Virus record (IMG/VR): IMGVR_UViG_3300006029_000024
Location: 1-37,296 of that record
Length of the DNA: 37,296 nucleotides
Source of the DNA: a virus
Lineage: Duplodnaviria > Caudoviricetes
Direction: 5' to 3' (one strand)
In this document: piece after piece, positions 7,217 to 14,967 of the stretch
Numbering within the stretch: position 1 is the stretch's first letter
How the letters are laid out: each line of letters opens with the position of its first letter
Notes under the pieces: model-generated
What the model was told of the DNA's origin: nothing
The model's input: the letters and a program-made list of their open reading frames with translations, nothing else
Database searches by the model: none
Position numbers and translations under genes: made by a program

Positions 7217-7837
7217 ATGACATTCGCATTAGCTAATCTTCCACCAGTATCATCCTTGTCTGTTGCGCTGCGTAACATCGTTCAAGACGTAGCGCCAACA
7301 GGTACTGTCATTCTCAAGATGGATAAGACCGGCCATTGGGTATTCGGTGCAGACCAGACCGAAGTAGAAAGCGATTCAAAATGGGCGATCAATCCTTTCT
7401 CATTCATCCACGGCTTTATTGCTTGGGGTGACGCTGTTGTGCTGGGCGAGAAAATGGTTCCTATGTCGTCACCGTTGCCAGAGTTGGACGCTGCGCCAGC
7501 AGGCTCTAAACGCGGTTGGGAACAGCAGATCGGGTTCTCACTGAAGTGCGTATCTGGCGAAGATAAAGGCATGGAAGTGCGTTACACCACTACGTCAGTT
7601 GGCGGTCGCCGTGCAGTGCAGAATCTGGCTGTCGCTATCGCTGAGCAGGTTGATGTAGATCAGTCCAAGCCTGTCGCAGTCGTCGCGTTGAAGAAAGACC
7701 ATTACGCGCATAAATCATACGGTCGTATCTATACGCCTGTGTTTGAAGTGCTGGAATGGATCGCGATGGACGGCGAGACTGAAGTTGAGGCCCCTGCGCT
7801 TGAAGCCGGTGGTCGCCGTCGTCGGGCAGCAGTCTAA
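7217..7837 (+). CDS. Putative ssDNA-binding/annealing protein
   Basis: Lies between exonuclease and polymerase; aromatic beta-rich motifs, Y.HKSYGRIYTPVF; highly biased codons. Confidence 0.6.
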   Translation: MTFALANLPPVSSLSVALRNIVQDVAPTGTVILKMDKTGHWVFGADQTEVESDSKWAINPFSFIHGFIAWGDAVVLGEKMVPMSSPLPELDAAPAGSKRGWEQQIGFSLKCVSGEDKGMEVRYTTTSVGGRRAVQNLAVAIAEQVDVDQSKPVAVVALKKDHYAHKSYGRIYTPVFEVLEWIAMDGETEVEAPALEAGGRRRRAAV

Positions 7838-7914
7838 TTAAGGTTAGGGGGAAAGCGGATGCTAAGCAGGTAGTACTGAAACTCCTTAGACGCAGCGAGT
7901 ACCCCACCTAATTA
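7835..7914 (+). ncRNA. Structured intergenic RNA hairpin with E-loop (bulged-G) motif
   Basis: Nested pairings TAATT/AATTA, AGGT/ACCT, GGGG/CCCC, GAAA opposite GAGTA, GC/GC, TGC/GCA, CTAAG/CTTAG. Confidence 0.55.
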
Positions 7915-7916
7915 TT

Positions 7917-9851
7917 ATGCTCTGGATCGACTTTGAAACGCGCAGCCATTGCGACTTACCCAAACATGGCGTTTACAATTACGCACGCGATCCGTCCACA
8001 GAAGTGCTGTGCATGTCGTATGCGTTTGACGATGAACCTGTTAAAACATGGACACCAAATTTAACATTTCCCACGGACGTGTTAAATCATAAGGGCGAAA
8101 TACGCGCCCACAATGCAGCATTTGAACGCCTAATCTTTTCCTACGTTCTGCAAGTCAAGTTTGACCTTACCCAATTCTATTGCACCGCAGCACAAGCGCG
8201 TGCTAACTGTGCGCCTGGTTCACTTGAAGATGTTGGCCGGTTCTCTGGCGCCAACATGCGCAAGGATCACCGTGGCGCGCAGCTAATTCGTTTGCTTTGC
8301 GTGCCGCCATTCAATGACGATCCTAAGCTGATGGTCGAGATGATCGAGTATTGCGAGCAGGACGTTCGTGCTATGCGTGAGATCAGCAAGGCAATGCGCC
8401 AACTATCCGCACAAGAGCTGGCCGACTATCACGTGAACGAACGCATTAACGATCGTGGTGTGCTGGTTGACATTCCATTGTGCAAAGCAGCAATTGAATA
8501 CGCTGAAGATGAGAAGGTTGAGATTCAGCAGATTGTTGCCGAAGTCACCGAAGGCGAGATAACATCGGTGCGGTCGCCAAAAATGCGTGAATGGGTATTG
8601 GCACGCGTCGGCGAGCAGGCCAAAAAACTAATGTGGAACGGCGAAAAGTACAGCATCGATAAAGCCGTTCGCGCTAACTTACTTGCGATGGATGACCATG
8701 AAGAAATCCCAGGACATGTTGCCGATGTTATCCAATGTGCTGACGACCTGTGGGCCAGTTCAGTCGCAAAGTTTAATCGACTATCTCAACTGGCAGACGA
8801 GGATGATGCGAGGGTTCGCGGCGCGTTCGTCTTTGCCGGTGGATCAGCCACAGGCCGAGCCAGCAGTTACGGCGCGCAAGTCCATAACTTCACACGCCTA
8901 TGCGCAAAACTTCCAGACGACGTACGGCAGGCTATGGTACGGGGTCATGAAATCACACCTAAGTTCGGAAAACGAGTAACCGATGTTTTGAAGGGTATGC
9001 TCCGGCCAGCGTTAGTTGCTAAGCCTGGGCACGTGTTCGTCGGTGCTGACTGGTCTGCTATTGAAGGCCGTGTACATCCGTGGTTATCGAATTGTGCATC
9101 CGGTGAGAAGAAATTAGACGCGTTTCGGCAAGACTTGGACCCTTACATTGTCAACGCCGCCGCCACTTACAATATGTCTTACGCAGCAGTCGAAGCCGAA
9201 TACACATCCGGCAACGCCGCCAAGCGTCAGATTGGCAAAGTGCAAGAGCTGGCCCTTGGTTTTCTAGGTGGTGCTGGCGCGTTCTCGACCTTTGGCCGCG
9301 TGTACGGCGTTCACTTGCCAGAGGCCGACGTTAAGCGCGCTGTTAACGCATGGCGACGCGCCAACACATGGGCAATCGAACATGGTCAGGCGTTAGAAGA
9401 AGCGTACACGCGGGCTATGCGCAACGTTGGACGTGAGTTTAGTGCTGGCCGTGTGACCTATTTATTCGATGGTCAGACATTATGGTACGCGTTACCGTCA
9501 GGCCGCGTGTTATGCTATCCGTTCGCAAGATTAGAACCGGAAGGTGTCAGCTACGCCAAAGCATCATGGAAGCCCAAGGCCGATGCAAAAGAATGGCCGC
9601 GTGGCCGTTTGTGGCGTGGTTTAGCGTGCGAGAACGTCACGCAGGCCACCGCTAACGACCTACTGCGCCATTCGCTGCGCCAGCTTGATGCCGTCGTGTT
9701 GCATGTGCATGATGAGATTGTTTTAGAAGTGCCAGAAGAAGAAACCGAAGCAGCAAAGCAGCGTTTGCAAGATGTGATGTGTACCGCACCAGCATGGGCT
9801 AGTGATTTACCGCTGAAGATTGGCGTTGAAGTCTCTACCCGTTTCAAATAA
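7917..9851 (+). CDS. polA: Family A DNA polymerase with 3'-5' exonuclease domain (APSE-type)
   Basis: ExoI IDFETRS, ExoII AHNAAFE, ExoIII YCEQDV; motif A ADWSAIEGR, motif B RQIGKVQELALGF, motif C LHVHDEIV. Confidence 0.95.
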   Translation: MLWIDFETRSHCDLPKHGVYNYARDPSTEVLCMSYAFDDEPVKTWTPNLTFPTDVLNHKGEIRAHNAAFERLIFSYVLQVKFDLTQFYCTAAQARANCAPGSLEDVGRFSGANMRKDHRGAQLIRLLCVPPFNDDPKLMVEMIEYCEQDVRAMREISKAMRQLSAQELADYHVNERINDRGVLVDIPLCKAAIEYAEDEKVEIQQIVAEVTEGEITSVRSPKMREWVLARVGEQAKKLMWNGEKYSIDKAVRANLLAMDDHEEIPGHVADVIQCADDLWASSVAKFNRLSQLADEDDARVRGAFVFAGGSATGRASSYGAQVHNFTRLCAKLPDDVRQAMVRGHEITPKFGKRVTDVLKGMLRPALVAKPGHVFVGADWSAIEGRVHPWLSNCASGEKKLDAFRQDLDPYIVNAAATYNMSYAAVEAEYTSGNAAKRQIGKVQELALGFLGGAGAFSTFGRVYGVHLPEADVKRAVNAWRRANTWAIEHGQALEEAYTRAMRNVGREFSAGRVTYLFDGQTLWYALPSGRVLCYPFARLEPEGVSYAKASWKPKADAKEWPRGRLWRGLACENVTQATANDLLRHSLRQLDAVVLHVHDEIVLEVPEEETEAAKQRLQDVMCTAPAWASDLPLKIGVEVSTRFK

Positions 9852-9876
9852 AAAAAGCCGCCCTGCAAGGCGGCTT
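9850..9876 (-). terminator. Intrinsic terminator-like hairpin, U-tract on the minus strand (possibly bidirectional)
   Basis: AAGCCGCC-CTGCAA-GGCGGCTT preceded by an A run. Confidence 0.55.
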
Positions 9877-9900
9877 ATTCACTACGAAAGCAAAATAAAA

Positions 9901-12183
9901 ATGGAATTCCTAGAGTTTATAACAAAACTCGCTCCGGAGGGTGAGACTGCGTTAATAGTTAAACAAAAGCCACAGGGTAACGCCGTTCACGCCGATGGCA
10001 CGATCAAATGCACATGGCCCGCGTACCTGCCAACGCACAAGATGCAAGACGGCCAGTCATGGTACGCGAACACTGCGTCTTTTATCATTGACCGTTTCGA
10101 GAATGGCCGTGTGTCAGCGTCAGCAACGAACAGCGAGTACGTTCTTGTGATGATGCTGGACGACATTGGCACGAAGTCACGCACGCCGCCATTGTCGCCC
10201 ACTTGGATAATGGAAACGTCGCCAGGTTCGTTTCAATGGGGCTATGCTTTTTCAGATCAGCCGACAAAAGCCGAATTCAGCGCCGCGATCCGCGCTATTG
10301 CCGACGCGGGCTATACTGACCCAGGCGCATGTAATCCGGTTCGAAATTTCCGTTTGCCTGGCTCAGTCAATCTGAAGCCTGGCCGCGATGGTTTTAAATC
10401 ACGCCTTGTTGAGTTTCATCCAGAGCGTGAGTACACGCTGCCAGAGATATGCACCGCTTTAAACGTCACGCCAGCAGAGGCCGATAGCCTGACCATGCGT
10501 CCTATCCGCTTGTCAGATGATGGCGCGGATGATGTTATTAAGTGGTTGTCCGAGCAGGGTATGGTCTTATCGAAGCCGAACGGCGAAGGGTGGGCCGGTG
10601 TTATCTGCCCGAACAACGCCGCCCATACCGATGGCAACCCAGAGGGCCGGTACAACCCAGCGAATCGCGCCTATTGCTGCTTGCATTCGCATTGTATTGA
10701 TTTTGATTCCGCACTTTTTCTTGAATGGGTAGGCTTACAGGGTGGTCCGAAGCATACGCCTGGCCTGCGCGATGATTTGCTGGCTACCGCAATGGAATCG
10801 GCCCTGTCTAAACTTACGCCCACAATCGAATATCCCGACGTGGCCGCTAAAGAGATCGCCAAAGTAGAAAAACGTCAGCTTGACCGTGTTGAAAAGGCCG
10901 ATTGGTTTAAGCGGTTCGCTTATATCCAGCAGGACGATAACTATTTCGATATGGCCGACCGGCGCGAGTTAAGCCGTTCTACGTTTAACGCCTTGTTCCG
11001 GCATGTGGCTTGCTTTTCGATTCACCCGAGCAAAACTCAGCGTCGGATCGAAGCGTCAGTCTGTTATGACGAAAATCGTCAAGCGTCCGGAGCCTACGCA
11101 TTGGCCGGTATTACCTATGCAGCAGGCGAGTCAGTGCTAGTGTCGCGTGAAGGCCAAGCATACGGCAATCGCTGGATTGACCAGCGGCCAGAGACGCGGG
11201 CGGGCGACGCATCGGTGTGGCTTGCTCACGTTGAACGAATGATCCCTGACGATAAAGAGCGCGAGCATGTTTTGAACGTCATGGCTTATAAACTTCAAAA
11301 TCCGAATCGCAAGATTAACCATGCCGTTTTGCACATCGGACACCCAGGCTCAGGCAAAGACACCATGTGGCAACCGTTCCTATGGGGTATCGGTGGCGAA
11401 TCGCTGGCGAACGTGTCGATTGTCCGCAATGAAGAAATTCAGTCCCAATGGGGCTATGCTTTCGAGTCTGAAGTAATGGTGTTCGAGGAACTGCGCCAAA
11501 GTGAAGCGAAAGACCGGCGCGCGCTTGAGAATCACCTGAAGCCGATCATTGCCGCACCGCCTGAATTTTTGTCAGTAAACCGTAAGGGTATGCACCCGTA
11601 TGACGCGTTAAACCGCATCTTCGTTCTCGCGTTCTCTAACGAGCGCGTGCCATTGTCGCTACCGTCCGATGACCGCCGATGGTTTGTGACCTATTCCGAC
11701 GCTGGCCGAATGAGCGACGAGGAAGGCCAAGCAATTTGGGCATGGTATAACGCCGGTGGTCTGGCTGTGGCCGCTGATTGGCTCATGCAGCGTGATGTGT
11801 CGGCGTTTAACCCAGGCGCAAGCCCACCGTTGACTGAAGCGAAAATTATTATGGTAGAACATGGCCGCAGTACCGCCGAATCGTTCTTAGTCGAGATGAT
11901 CGAGAATCGTTTAGGCGAATTTGCCGCTGGCGTGGTGGCCGCGCCGTTTTATTCGATATGCGACAAGTTACAAGGTGGCGCGCCGCAAGGCACACGCGTC
12001 GTTCAAGCTGCGTTGTTACACGCCTTGAAGGAGGCCGGATGGAAAGACCTGGGCCGGATAGCGTCGCGTGAATTTAAGTCTAAGAAACACCTGTTTTGCG
12101 CCCCTGATATGGCAGGCATGTCTAAATCAGACTTGCGTCGGGCCGTCGAAGAAACACCTGCGCCGATGAGAATAGTAAAGTAA
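9901..12183 (+). CDS. Primase-helicase (RepB-like primase, Zn finger, DUF5906-like P-loop domain)
   Basis: MMLDD, ETSPGSFQWGY, RNFRLPGSVN; CP...H...CCLHSHC; Walker A GHPGSGKDT, FEEL, FSN, DRRW; start set at ATG 9901. Confidence 0.88.
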   Translation: MEFLEFITKLAPEGETALIVKQKPQGNAVHADGTIKCTWPAYLPTHKMQDGQSWYANTASFIIDRFENGRVSASATNSEYVLVMMLDDIGTKSRTPPLSPTWIMETSPGSFQWGYAFSDQPTKAEFSAAIRAIADAGYTDPGACNPVRNFRLPGSVNLKPGRDGFKSRLVEFHPEREYTLPEICTALNVTPAEADSLTMRPIRLSDDGADDVIKWLSEQGMVLSKPNGEGWAGVICPNNAAHTDGNPEGRYNPANRAYCCLHSHCIDFDSALFLEWVGLQGGPKHTPGLRDDLLATAMESALSKLTPTIEYPDVAAKEIAKVEKRQLDRVEKADWFKRFAYIQQDDNYFDMADRRELSRSTFNALFRHVACFSIHPSKTQRRIEASVCYDENRQASGAYALAGITYAAGESVLVSREGQAYGNRWIDQRPETRAGDASVWLAHVERMIPDDKEREHVLNVMAYKLQNPNRKINHAVLHIGHPGSGKDTMWQPFLWGIGGESLANVSIVRNEEIQSQWGYAFESEVMVFEELRQSEAKDRRALENHLKPIIAAPPEFLSVNRKGMHPYDALNRIFVLAFSNERVPLSLPSDDRRWFVTYSDAGRMSDEEGQAIWAWYNAGGLAVAADWLMQRDVSAFNPGASPPLTEAKIIMVEHGRSTAESFLVEMIENRLGEFAAGVVAAPFYSICDKLQGGAPQGTRVVQAALLHALKEAGWKDLGRIASREFKSKKHLFCAPDMAGMSKSDLRRAVEETPAPMRIVK

Positions 12184-12189
12184 AGGCAT

Positions 12190-12216
12190 AAAAAAGGCCC
12201 GCTGATGAGGCGGGCC
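12190..12216 (-). terminator. Intrinsic terminator of the leftward early operon
   Basis: GGCCCGC/GCGGGCC stem followed by T6 on the minus strand, at the convergence of two operons. Confidence 0.75.
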
Positions 12217-12258
12217 AAGTACAGCCGGAGAGGAGCTACAGGCCCAGTATAATCAAAA

Positions 12259-12444
12259 TTATGGCCGTGAGGATAAAAATGTACATTCGATTTTCCGTAT
12301 AACGTCATCAGCCAAATAGTCCACCACATCAACCCCGCCCGCGTAAGCATTGACGAGCCAAGCGCCATCGTCGTGCTCAAGAAAACAGATAAACGGCCCA
12401 TATTCAAACGCGGCCAAGTGTTGCGGCCAGCACAGGCTTAGCAT
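12259..12444 (-). CDS. Hypothetical protein
   Basis: RBS GGAGG; overlaps the upstream gene. Confidence 0.65.
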   Translation of the reverse strand: MLSLCWPQHLAAFEYGPFICFLEHDDGAWLVNAYAGGVDVVDYLADDVIRKIECTFLSSRP

Positions 12445-12728
12445 TTGATCACCTCCGCTGATTTAAGCGCGCCGGTCTCGACGTTGAATGTCAATTTTAC
12501 ATTTGCCCGCTCTACACTTTCATTTACGCTATATACGTGTACTTTATCAATTCTGGAAATGTAATACCGCACAACGTCAGGCTTCGGTTCCGGCTTAATA
12601 CGATACTCGCTGTCAACGTCCCAAATAGGGTTATTGTCAGTCCACCATGCGTAGCCGCTTTTGCACTGAATTATTTCGCCGTCGGCCCACGCTTTAATCG
12701 CTTCGGCATGTATATGTGGCTTTTTCAT
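12438..12728 (-). CDS. Conserved phage hypothetical protein
   Basis: PH.HAE.IKAWADG..IQ...W....P.W....YRIKP pattern; RBS GGAGG; ATGA overlap. Confidence 0.8.
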   Translation of the reverse strand: MKKPHIHAEAIKAWADGEIIQCKSGYAWWTDNNPIWDVDSEYRIKPEPKPDVVRYYISRIDKVHVYSVNESVERANVKLTFNVETGALKSAEVIKC

Positions 12729-13027
12729 TTAATCACCTCCGGTAGTTGAACGTCATCGCCCAGTTTGCTGGCTACATAGCAGCGCATTGCTGCCACTAGT
12801 GGTGCTGGGCCGTGTGCTATAACGTGTTCTGTGTCGCCTTGCACATCTATCTCTTTAATGGCTTCCCAGCTATATCCTGGCACTAAGTGTATTTCCTCAC
12901 GCTCAATGATCGGCCCGCCTTGCGCCCAGTTAGTGGAGTATGCCGGTACTGCCACAGGTTTATATCCTCCCTCTGCCTTAGCCACAGCCCAATCCAATGC
13001 TGCGCCTGTTAGTTCTTTTGTTTTCAT
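12725..13027 (-). CDS. NinX/DUF2591 family protein
   Basis: ELTGAALDWAVAKAEG, YSTNWAQGGPIIERE, GP.PLVAAMRCYVASKLGD; start set at ATG 13027 after GAGGAG. Confidence 0.85.
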   Translation of the reverse strand: MKTKELTGAALDWAVAKAEGGYKPVAVPAYSTNWAQGGPIIEREEIHLVPGYSWEAIKEIDVQGDTEHVIAHGPAPLVAAMRCYVASKLGDDVQLPEVIK

Positions 13028-13110
13028 TGGCACAGCTCCTCTATAAACGCGTAAAACGCCCAGATTGTAATGACTAGCACAAAAGCTAATTGAAGTATCT
13101 TGTCCCACAT
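13024..13110 (-). CDS. 28-aa single-pass membrane peptide (not in ORF track)
   Basis: MWDKILQLAFVLVITIWAFYAFIEELCQ*; starts 2 nt after the upstream stop, ATGA overlap downstream. Confidence 0.5.
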   Translation of the reverse strand: MWDKILQLAFVLVITIWAFYAFIEELCQ

Positions 13111-13112
13111 GA

Positions 13113-13433
13113 TCAGAATTCCTGATCGTAGATCAAGCAGCCGTCCACAGTAGTGCCGACAAGCGTAGTGTTTTCCTGCGCATATTCAACGGCGGCATCA
13201 AACATAGTATTTTCGTCTAGTCCATCGGTGTCGATACCGTATTGCTTACAAAAGTCTTCCGGTGTCGATTCAGCGTATTCGCAACAGATGGCGATAACGT
13301 CTAAATCCATATCGGGATCGCACTCCTCAAAATAATCATAAAGGATGTTCAACGCTTCCCATGAAAACTGCTTTGCGCGGTCCGCTGTATAAAACGCTTG
13401 ATGAAATTGTGTAACGCCAATAGTCTGTTTCAT
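13113..13433 (-). CDS. Highly acidic hypothetical protein
   Basis: RBS AAGGA, ATGA overlap; 23 D/E vs 4 K/R in 106 aa. Confidence 0.8.
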   Translation of the reverse strand: MKQTIGVTQFHQAFYTADRAKQFSWEALNILYDYFEECDPDMDLDVIAICCEYAESTPEDFCKQYGIDTDGLDENTMFDAAVEYAQENTTLVGTTVDGCLIYDQEF

Positions 13434-13639
13434 TTGTTTATTTCCTTAATAGTAGATAAGTAGACATTACGGCCCGCGTCCCACTGTTCGACGCATACGG
13501 ACGCGTTAAACGCGGATAACTCATCGGCGCGCATTAACGCAATTTCTTTAGATTCAAATACGCCATGCCGCGTTAATTTCCAATGCGACGCTTCGCCGGT
13601 ATCCGATACCCAAACTTCAAAACGCAATTGTGTTGACAT
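13430..13639 (-). CDS. Hypothetical protein
   Basis: 69-aa ORF in the operon, ATGA overlap downstream. Confidence 0.65.
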   Translation of the reverse strand: MSTQLRFEVWVSDTGEASHWKLTRHGVFESKEIALMRADELSAFNASVCVEQWDAGRNVYLSTIKEINK

Positions 13640-13671
13640 TTTTTATCCGCCCGCTTTCGCGGGCGCTCCTC

Positions 13672-13839
13672 TTAATAGTTGTGTGGGGTTGCGTTTGCTG
13701 CTTTCGCTGCTTTCTTCGCTTCTACTTTGCTTGCGTACAGATTAGAACTAATTACTTGATCGTAGGACACTGCTGCGCTGCGACTAATGATTAGTTCAAA
13801 CATGCCTTTTTGACGGGCTTTGAAGATATGGGCAAACAT
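13672..13839 (-). CDS. Hypothetical basic protein, first gene of the leftward early operon
   Basis: Start set at ATG 13839 after AAAGGAGA. Confidence 0.7.
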   Translation of the reverse strand: MFAHIFKARQKGMFELIISRSAAVSYDQVISSNLYASKVEAKKAAKAANATPHNY

Positions 13840-13870
13840 TTGGTTCTCCTTTGCGGTTGGTATGTAAAAG

Positions 13871-13900
13871 ATTATTTCACATATCAATTATGGATGTCAA
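13871..13900 (-). promoter_or_regulatory. Sigma70-like early promoter
   Basis: TTGACA-18 nt-AATAAT with TG extension, ~30 nt upstream of ATG 13839. Confidence 0.65.
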
Positions 13901-13993
13901 CTATTTCTTTACAATTATTTGCGGTGTACAGATGCGCATATGTAAGTTATAGTTAGTCCGTAAGTAATTACGCTTACTAACTAGGAGAACAAC

Positions 13994-14200
13994 ATGGATT
14001 TAAACGTACCAATCCCAAACGCCAGATACAATACTTACCCGTTCGTAAAACTGATGCCTGGCGAATCTGTTTTGCATATTTGTCCCGATAGTGAGCGCGC
14101 TCGGACACGAAGCGCAGCTTATCGCGCTGCAAATGCTAAAAAATGGAAAATTGTCGTGCGTTCGCTTGAAAATGGAATTCGCGTCTGGCGAATTAGTTAA
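13994..14200 (+). CDS. Small basic putative DNA-binding protein
   Basis: VPIP....YPF..L.PGES...GIRVWR pattern of small phage proteins; RBS AGGAG. Confidence 0.75.
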   Translation: MDLNVPIPNARYNTYPFVKLMPGESVLHICPDSERARTRSAAYRAANAKKWKIVVRSLENGIRVWRIS

Positions 14201-14432
14201 TGTAAGTCAGATATGTCAAACGTGGGTCAAGAAACAAGGGTGCTTGACATACGCGGAAAGCCTTGCTGCATATAGGTTTTAGTCTTTTGTAGGTCAGATT
14301 GTCATATATTTAGTTTACATTAAAAAATTATATATCTGTTAGTTATATAGCAACATTGTAGGATATGGGCGCGCTTTCACCGCGCTTCCAGCGATTTAAA
14401 TCGCATGACAATTTGACCGACATGACTTACGT
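14201..14432. repeat. Inverted iteron-like motifs around an AT-rich core (candidate replication origin)
   Basis: TGTAGGTCAGATTGTCAT (14288-14305) inverted against ATGACAATTTGACCGACA (14405-14422), 16/18; TGTAAGTCA at 14201, TGACTTACG at 14423; palindrome GCGATTTAAATCGC at 14391-14404. Confidence 0.55.
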
Positions 14433-14657
14433 AGCTTTTTAATAACACTTAAATTCTTAAGCAAAAGCGCCCGCGCAAACCCCCGCGCAATTTTCCCCCG
14501 CCGGTTTTTGTACGTCGTTTATTTGGCTTACAAACTTGCTGGCGCGCCCGCAATTTTCGCTGTAAGCCAAATGTCGGTCATTCGCTTACACATACTTACA
14601 TTCAGCAAAACCATACATACCTACAAGCCTACAAGCTTCGCACCCGCCAACAAAAAA

Positions 14658-14777
14658 ACTGTACCGTTCAGTAATAATCTGTACCGTATAGTTTCTGACT
14701 GATCAGTATATTTTCTGACTGTACCGTTCAGTAATAAACTGCACCGTATAGTTTCTGACTGATCAGTATAGTTTCTG
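14658..14777. repeat. Tandem array of six 20-bp units (ABC-ABC, 60-bp higher-order repeat)
   Basis: actgtaccgttcagtaataa / tctgtaccgtatagtttctg / actgatcagtatattttctg, then a second copy with 3 substitutions. Confidence 0.95.
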
Positions 14778-14967
14778 ACCGCTAGGTTTTTGCTGTTTGC
14801 TTTTTGCTATCGAGGGGGGAAGGGGGCCTGCGGCCAGTGTGTGTATGGCTGGGTGCGTTCACGAACAATTTTTATTTTTTTTAGTATATACTCGCACGCA
14901 TATAAGTCGGCGCAGGCCCATGTGTAGCATCGACATGCGCGCCGGATAATCGTAACCGGCAATAACT

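Noticed and set aside
7835-7914. tRNA or intrinsic terminator
   Set aside because: No cloverleaf, T-loop or CCA end; no U-tract, and the stem is long and interrupted
7917-9851. Z-genome or other base-modification system; intein or intron in the polymerase
   Set aside because: No purZ, datZ or modifying transferase visible; the polymerase is compact and uninterrupted
9820-9900. ORF-track N-terminal extensions (9820, also 1604, 3331, 5631, 13108, 13887, 17673, 22289, 28582, 29635)
   Set aside because: Downstream ATGs with an RBS, stop/start coupling or family-typical N-termini fit better
14091-14702. Short ORFs in the repeat-rich region (14091-14282, 14508-14702)
   Set aside because: Non-ATG starts, no RBS, and they run through DNA repeats
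14658-14777. CRISPR array or LexA (SOS) boxes
   Set aside because: Units abut with no unique spacers; CTG-to-CAG spacings are 6, 7 or 11 nt, never the CTG-N10-CAG of LexA boxes
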